Part shown: positions 60,401 through 64,000 of the stretch, in pieces
How the letters are laid out: each line of letters starts with the position of its first letter
Position numbering within the stretch: position 1 is the first letter of the stretch
NCBI GenBank assembly: GCA_037189525.1
Contig: JBBCJC010000003.1
Location: 576,001-640,000, forward strand
From: Gemmatimonadales bacterium
GTDB taxonomy: Bacteria > Gemmatimonadota > Gemmatimonadetes > Gemmatimonadales > GWC2-71-9
Length of the DNA: 64,000 nt
Direction: 5' to 3'
The notes under the pieces: model-generated
The model's input: the letters and a program-made list of their open reading frames with translations, nothing else
What the model was told of the DNA's origin: nothing
Databases searched by the model: none
Program-made: the position numbers and the translations under genes

Positions 60401-62260
60401 CGCTGCAGCCAGCGATCGGCGCAACGCCGCCAGTTCCGTCTCACGCCCCGTGTAGGCGGTGAGACCGATCTTCTCCGCAGCTTCCATGCGGGTGCGGAGC
60501 CCGGACTCTCCGATCACCCGATGGGGTACCAGGGTGTGCTTGCGGTCGCGGACGGCGAGCGGAGGTTCCGCCACGGTCTCGAAGAACGGCGCAATCAGAT
60601 GATGGCACTCCGGCGTGATCCAGAGCGCACCAGGCGGAGCCTCGTCGGCCAGGCGCGCGGCGAGTTGTGCCGGCGGGCCGACGATTCGATAGGTGCGGCC
60701 GTCGGGTCCGCCCGGATGCGCCACCACGCGCCCGGTGTCGATCCCGCTGTGGAGCGCGAGAGGCGGCCCGCCTCGGCCTTCCACCTGGCGGCTCAGCTCG
60801 GACACCCGGAGGCTGAGTTCGCGCGCGGCGCGGACGGCACGGACGGCGTCGTCTTCCTGCACCACCGGAATCCCGAAGAGCATCGTCAACTCGGCGCCGG
60901 CCTGGTGGTCGAGATACCCGCCGTGCCGGGTCGCCACCAGCGCTGCATCCTCGTGGACGCGGGCCATCACGGCGTCTACCTCGGCAGGGACCAGGGTCTC
61001 CACCAGGGCGTCGAATCCCGAGAGCACGGCGGCAACGATGGTGAGCTGGCGTCGGTCTCCGTCGGGAGGCGTTTCCGCAGGCGGGCTGTTTGGAGCATCG
61101 GTTGCTTCAGCGATAGGTCGCTTGCTTCGCATCGAGTCGGCCCCGGTGGTCGGCGCGCCGGCGGTTTCGAGCGCATCGGCCATCGCGGCGGCGCTTGGGA
61201 AGCGCTCTCCGGGTGCCTTCGCGAGCGCCCGCATCGTCATCTGCTCGAGTGTGAGCGGGACGCCCGGCTGCGCAGCGCCGAGCGGTACCGGATCGGCGCT
61301 GATGATGGCGTCGAGGAGTGCCCGGTCGGATGGTGCGACGAACGGGCGGCGTCCCGCGAGCATTTCGTACAGCACCACACCGAGCGACCAGAGATCTGTG
61401 CGCTCGTCGATTGCGTCGCCGCGGGCCTGCTCCGGGCTCATGTAGGCCGGCGTGCCGGGCGTGGTGTCCGGGTTCGTGACGCTGACATCCATCAGCTTTG
61501 CCACCCCGAAGTCCACGATCTTGACCAGCCCGCCGGCGGTGAGCATCAGATTCGCGGGCTTGATGTCGCGATGGATGATCCCGCGCGCGTGTGCCGCGGC
61601 CAGGCCGCGCGCCACCTGCCGCGCGATGTCGGCCGCCTGCTCGGCGGGAAGGGGACCGGCAGCGATCCGCTGGTGCAGTGTCTCGCCCTCGTAGTACGGC
61701 ATCGCGAGGTAGAGCTGGCCTTCGTCGGTCTCGCCGATCTCATAGATCGTGCAGACGTTCGGATGGTCGAGCGCCGCGGCCGCCTGCGCCTCCAGCCGGA
61801 ATCGCTCCGCGGCGCGCGGGTCGGCGCCCAGGTGAAACGGAAGGAACTTGAGAGCGACCAGGCGGTCGAGCTGGCGGTCGCGGGCCCGGTACACGACGCC
61901 CATTCCCCCGCCGGCCAGCTTCCCGAGCATCTCGTAGCGCGCGATGCGATACGGCCCCGGCTGGGTCGGTTCGGCGGAGGTGGCAGATGGCGCGAGTGAC
62001 GTCGCCAGCTCCGCGGCGGACCCGTCGAGCAGGCTGGCCCGGTCGTGCGCGGCGAGCAGCGAGACGACTTCATCGCGGAGGCCGGGCTCGTTGCGGCAGG
62101 CGCGCTCGAGAAAGTCGGTTCGTTCGTCGGGCGTAAGCTCGGCAGCGGCGGCAAAGACGCGCTCGACGTCCGGCCAGGCGGGAGCGGGGGCCCGCGGTGC
62201 GGGCCGGCCGATCAGGCGCCCGAGTGCGAGCCAGAGCCGCCGGGCCGCCGAGTCGCTCAC
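57464..62260 (-). CDS. Ser/Thr kinase - degenerate class III cyclase - AAA/STAND ATPase - TPR protein
   Basis: GGGMGVVY, VALK, HRDIKPAN, DFG, GTPAYMSPE; cyclase-like GIDTG and LAARL; Walker A GEPGMGKS, Walker B LLLEDWHWAD, TGGNPFF; many TPRs. GTG start overlaps the sigma factor stop. Confidence 0.9.
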   Translation of the reverse strand: MSDSAARRLWLALGRLIGRPAPRAPAPAWPDVERVFAAAAELTPDERTDFLERACRNEPGLRDEVVSLLAAHDRASLLDGSAAELATSLAPSATSAEPTQPGPYRIARYEMLGKLAGGGMGVVYRARDRQLDRLVALKFLPFHLGADPRAAERFRLEAQAAAALDHPNVCTIYEIGETDEGQLYLAMPYYEGETLHQRIAAGPLPAEQAADIARQVARGLAAAHARGIIHRDIKPANLMLTAGGLVKIVDFGVAKLMDVSVTNPDTTPGTPAYMSPEQARGDAIDERTDLWSLGVVLYEMLAGRRPFVAPSDRALLDAIISADPVPLGAAQPGVPLTLEQMTMRALAKAPGERFPSAAAMADALETAGAPTTGADSMRSKRPIAEATDAPNSPPAETPPDGDRRQLTIVAAVLSGFDALVETLVPAEVDAVMARVHEDAALVATRHGGYLDHQAGAELTMLFGIPVVQEDDAVRAVRAARELSLRVSELSRQVEGRGGPPLALHSGIDTGRVVAHPGGPDGRTYRIVGPPAQLAARLADEAPPGALWITPECHHLIAPFFETVAEPPLAVRDRKHTLVPHRVIGESGLRTRMEAAEKIGLTAYTGRETELAALRRSLAAAQGGEGQIVLIMGEPGMGKSRLLYELHQQLDDREATVLTGRCQSYGSAAAYLPFIDILRSAIGLGDTEVSPEQAVGRIRELAAELEEFLPLYLHLLSIRSPRHPVPKHLQGDALRLATQDALVEFLTASAATRPLVLLLEDWHWADDASHAVLKGLADVVSGYPILVLVTSRPGYGVALGDPSLHTTIALRPLEPEATTTLLRSLLCIDHFPDELGALLHERTGGNPFFLEEICQALLEDGSIRVDGAAARLAGPLETLDLPDSVQAVIRARLDRIDRSARGVLRLASVVGREFTRGVLDLATVERESVPAALDTLTAAGVIQQTRGGREPVYRFKHILTQEVAYGSLLEHQRRELHGKVGTVIETLYEHQPEEHLERLAHHFSRAEVWEKAVRYGLRAAERTSQLAQFPEALQILERTQRWLAKLPRGSERRNVQIDLLLRQERLCETLGHRARQQQLIDELIALLEPERDQDRLAETYLRQGDLYTLLRRFDEAEAALERSLRIRRALSDPVGERNTLRSLGLLRWHEERNEDALALVEQTLRIDRQRQDIVGLVGDLTNLGAILRSLGRHESAQAALEEALGYSEDATAGEAGSVEDEISIKRVYALHHLANIHRERGDRTLALACLHRAGETALEKRLPIQLSYHYTSVAHVHLLDGDIGESLRYYQEAVDLTRKAKYAPGLAQSLRIQGEVLLGLGRAGAAAGSLDEAAGVFAQLKDAENEALVWGKVAAAREQLGDSAGAMTAWSKAAALSRQVRNRAGELEALEGLGRNTRRQLPEPSLALPHYHSALELALALGDRPAEGRLRNTIGILEWSRREYAAALEQYERALAVYRDGDDPAHTGLILNSIGVTLSAMERWDQARERLDEAVLVNQRSGERLLEAHALAALGDVLIEQGNVRRAEECYGRSLELRRALGDRRGEGWMLHALAKTGLMDGRTEQAAERLEQAGLIANESEDAELTVACERLRRISTW

Positions 62261-62817
62261 GCCGAGCACTCGCGGTTGAGCCACGCTCTGGCGAGCAACC
62301 AGTCGCGCTTGACCGTGGCGGGTGAGATGCCCAGCAGTTCGGCCGTCTCCTCGATCGTCAGGCCCGCGAAGTAGCGGCACTCGACGATCCGGACCAGGCG
62401 CTCATTGGTTCGCTCCATCGCCGTGAGCGCTTCATCGAGTGCCAGCATCTGGTCCGCCTGCTGGTCGGTGATCCACATGTCGTCCTCGAGGGCCACCTTG
62501 CGCCGCGCGCCCCCTCGCTTCGCCGCCTGCCGAGCAAGCGCGTGGTCTACCAGGACCCGCCGCATCGCCCGGGCGGCGATGGCGAAGAACTGAGCGCGGT
62601 TTTTCCACTCGATGTGATCGAGGCCGCCGAGCTTGAGGTAGGCTTCATGGACGAGATCGCTGGTGGCCAGCGTGTGATCGGAACGCTCCGACCGCAGCTG
62701 GCGGCGGGCGAGGTGCCGCAGCTCGTCGTAGACGATCGGCAGGAGCCGGTCGAGTGCGTCCTTGCCGCCGTGGCCGATGGCGGCCAACAGCTGTGTCACA
62801 TCTCCGGAATCCGGCAT
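62257..62817 (-). CDS. ECF sigma factor, kinase-associated (TIGR02999/ECF43-like)
   Basis: VTQLL, VYDELRHLA, LVHEAYLKL, MRRVLVDHA, KRGG, RYFAGL and TVKRDW. Confidence 0.9.
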   Translation of the reverse strand: MPDSGDVTQLLAAIGHGGKDALDRLLPIVYDELRHLARRQLRSERSDHTLATSDLVHEAYLKLGGLDHIEWKNRAQFFAIAARAMRRVLVDHALARQAAKRGGARRKVALEDDMWITDQQADQMLALDEALTAMERTNERLVRIVECRYFAGLTIEETAELLGISPATVKRDWLLARAWLNRECSA

Positions 62818-63225
62818 CGGATGGTTTTCCAGGAGGGGATTGGCAGGTGCAACGCGAAAACCCCCATCGCGAGATAATATAGCTTGGCATCCGAGGGAAC
62901 AACTGAGCCGCTACATCCCAGAACAGGCATGTGTGGCGTGGTGCGAAAGCGGGCGGCGGAGCAGGTCCGACTCGGCACTTCAGCGCTGTCGCGATCCCCG
63001 GCGAGGCTGCCGTCGCGTTGGGACATGACGCAGGTGCAGTGCATGCGCAGATCCTGATCATGGCGCGCCGCGATCGGTGCGCCCCTTATCCGTCAGGTGA
63101 GCCGGGCGCCGATGAGCCAATCCGGCCGTTTTTCCGGCTTCTATCGATGAGCGGGATCACCGACCCTTCCGGTTGTCGGTCCCATTCCCGAATTCCCGAT
63201 ACCCGCAGCTTCGAGGAGACGCCCG

Positions 63226-64000
63226 ATGGAACCCACCGCCGCTCCACCCGCCCACAGCGCCTCGACGTCTCGGCCCGCCGCCCAGAGCGGTTCGCCCTCC
63301 GACCGGTCCCCCTTCACGGTCGAGATGCTGGAGCGTTTTCAGCAACGCTCTGCCGGATACGATCGCGAGAATCGATTCTTCACCGAAGACTTCGAGGAGC
63401 TTCGCGATGCGGGCTACCTGACGTTGCCCGTGCCGCGCGAGTTGGGTGGCCGAGGGTATACACTGGCGCAGGTGGCGCAGGAGCAACGGCGGTTGGGGTA
63501 CTACGCGGCGCCCACGGCGCTCGCGGTCAACATGCATCTCTATTGGGTCGGACTGGTGGCCGATCTGTGGCGGAACGGCGATCGGTCGCTCGAATGGCTC
63601 CTCAAGGAGGCGGCGAACGGCGCTGTCTTCGCGGCCGGTCATGCGGAGAGTGGCAACGACATCCCGGTCCTCCTTTCCACCACGCGCGCCGAGCGGGTGG
63701 AAGGCGGCTACTGCTTCTACGGTCACAAGATGTTCGGCAGCCTGACGCCGGTCTGGACCATGCTCGGGATTCACGGCCTCGACACCAGCGATCCGAGTGC
63801 GCCCAAGGTGGTGCACGCTTTCATGCCGCGCGACAGCAAAGGCTACAGCATCAAGGAGAGCTGGGACGTGCTGGGCATGCGCGCCACCCGGAGCGACGAC
63901 ACGATCCTCGACGGGGTCTTCGTGCCCGACCGGTACATCGCGCGGGTAGTGCCGGCAGGCGCCGCGGGGGTCGACGGATTCGTTTTGGGCGTGTTCGCCT
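63226..64000 (+). CDS. Acyl-CoA dehydrogenase-family flavoprotein (3'-truncated; absent from the ORF track)
   Basis: GAGGAG SD. Reads MEPTAAPP...YDRENRFFTEDFEELRDAGYL...ELGG...VNMH...GHKMFGSL...WDVLGMRATRS and stays open to the window end. Confidence 0.87.
   Translation, partial: MEPTAAPPAHSASTSRPAAQSGSPSDRSPFTVEMLERFQQRSAGYDRENRFFTEDFEELRDAGYLTLPVPRELGGRGYTLAQVAQEQRRLGYYAAPTALAVNMHLYWVGLVADLWRNGDRSLEWLLKEAANGAVFAAGHAESGNDIPVLLSTTRAERVEGGYCFYGHKMFGSLTPVWTMLGIHGLDTSDPSAPKVVHAFMPRDSKGYSIKESWDVLGMRATRSDDTILDGVFVPDRYIARVVPAGAAGVDGFVLGVFA

Noticed and set aside
63157..63816. 219-aa minus-strand ORF and short plus-strand ORFs at the right end
   Set aside because: They are alternative frames of the acyl-CoA dehydrogenase-family gene starting at 63226.

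Overview
High-GC chromosomal backbone, most likely from a Gemmatimonadota bacterium (inferred from protein style and gene order; no search was run). Plus strand 1-32.8 kb: a Phe/Tyr leader-peptide attenuator followed by aroF-pheA-aroH; rseP; hemH; a small membrane ORF with an MFS transporter; a Tat-signal epimerase; rpsO-pnp-M16 peptidase-ald-dut; mreBCD-mrdA-rodA; accD-folC; hisS-proS-lysA-guaA; an SDR; DoxX; dusB; an Ig-like/beta-lactamase-fold lipoprotein; corA; and tmRNA. A PTS IIA gene lies on the minus strand within this block. Minus strand 33-49 kb: lexA and a tightly coupled truA-htrA-purB-purC-psd-pssA-purS-purQ-(Zn-ribbon)-purL-purF-ppdK-purE-purK run. Plus strand 49-57 kb: HEAT protein, HD-GYP, GAF-chemoreceptor, panC, YqeK-like HD protein, an 83-bp tandem repeat and a beta-propeller. 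The right end holds an ECF sigma factor, a giant kinase/pseudo-cyclase/AAA/TPR protein and a DUF4242-like gene, divergent from a truncated acyl-CoA dehydrogenase-family gene. Most notable: (1) an attenuator-controlled aromatic operon whose DAHP synthase and prephenate dehydratase lack allosteric domains; (2) the ECF sigma/STAND-kinase module with a degenerate cyclase; (3) candidate LexA direct-repeat boxes, candidate leaderless genes and the structured tandem repeat. No CRISPR array, rRNA, tRNA or mobile element was seen.
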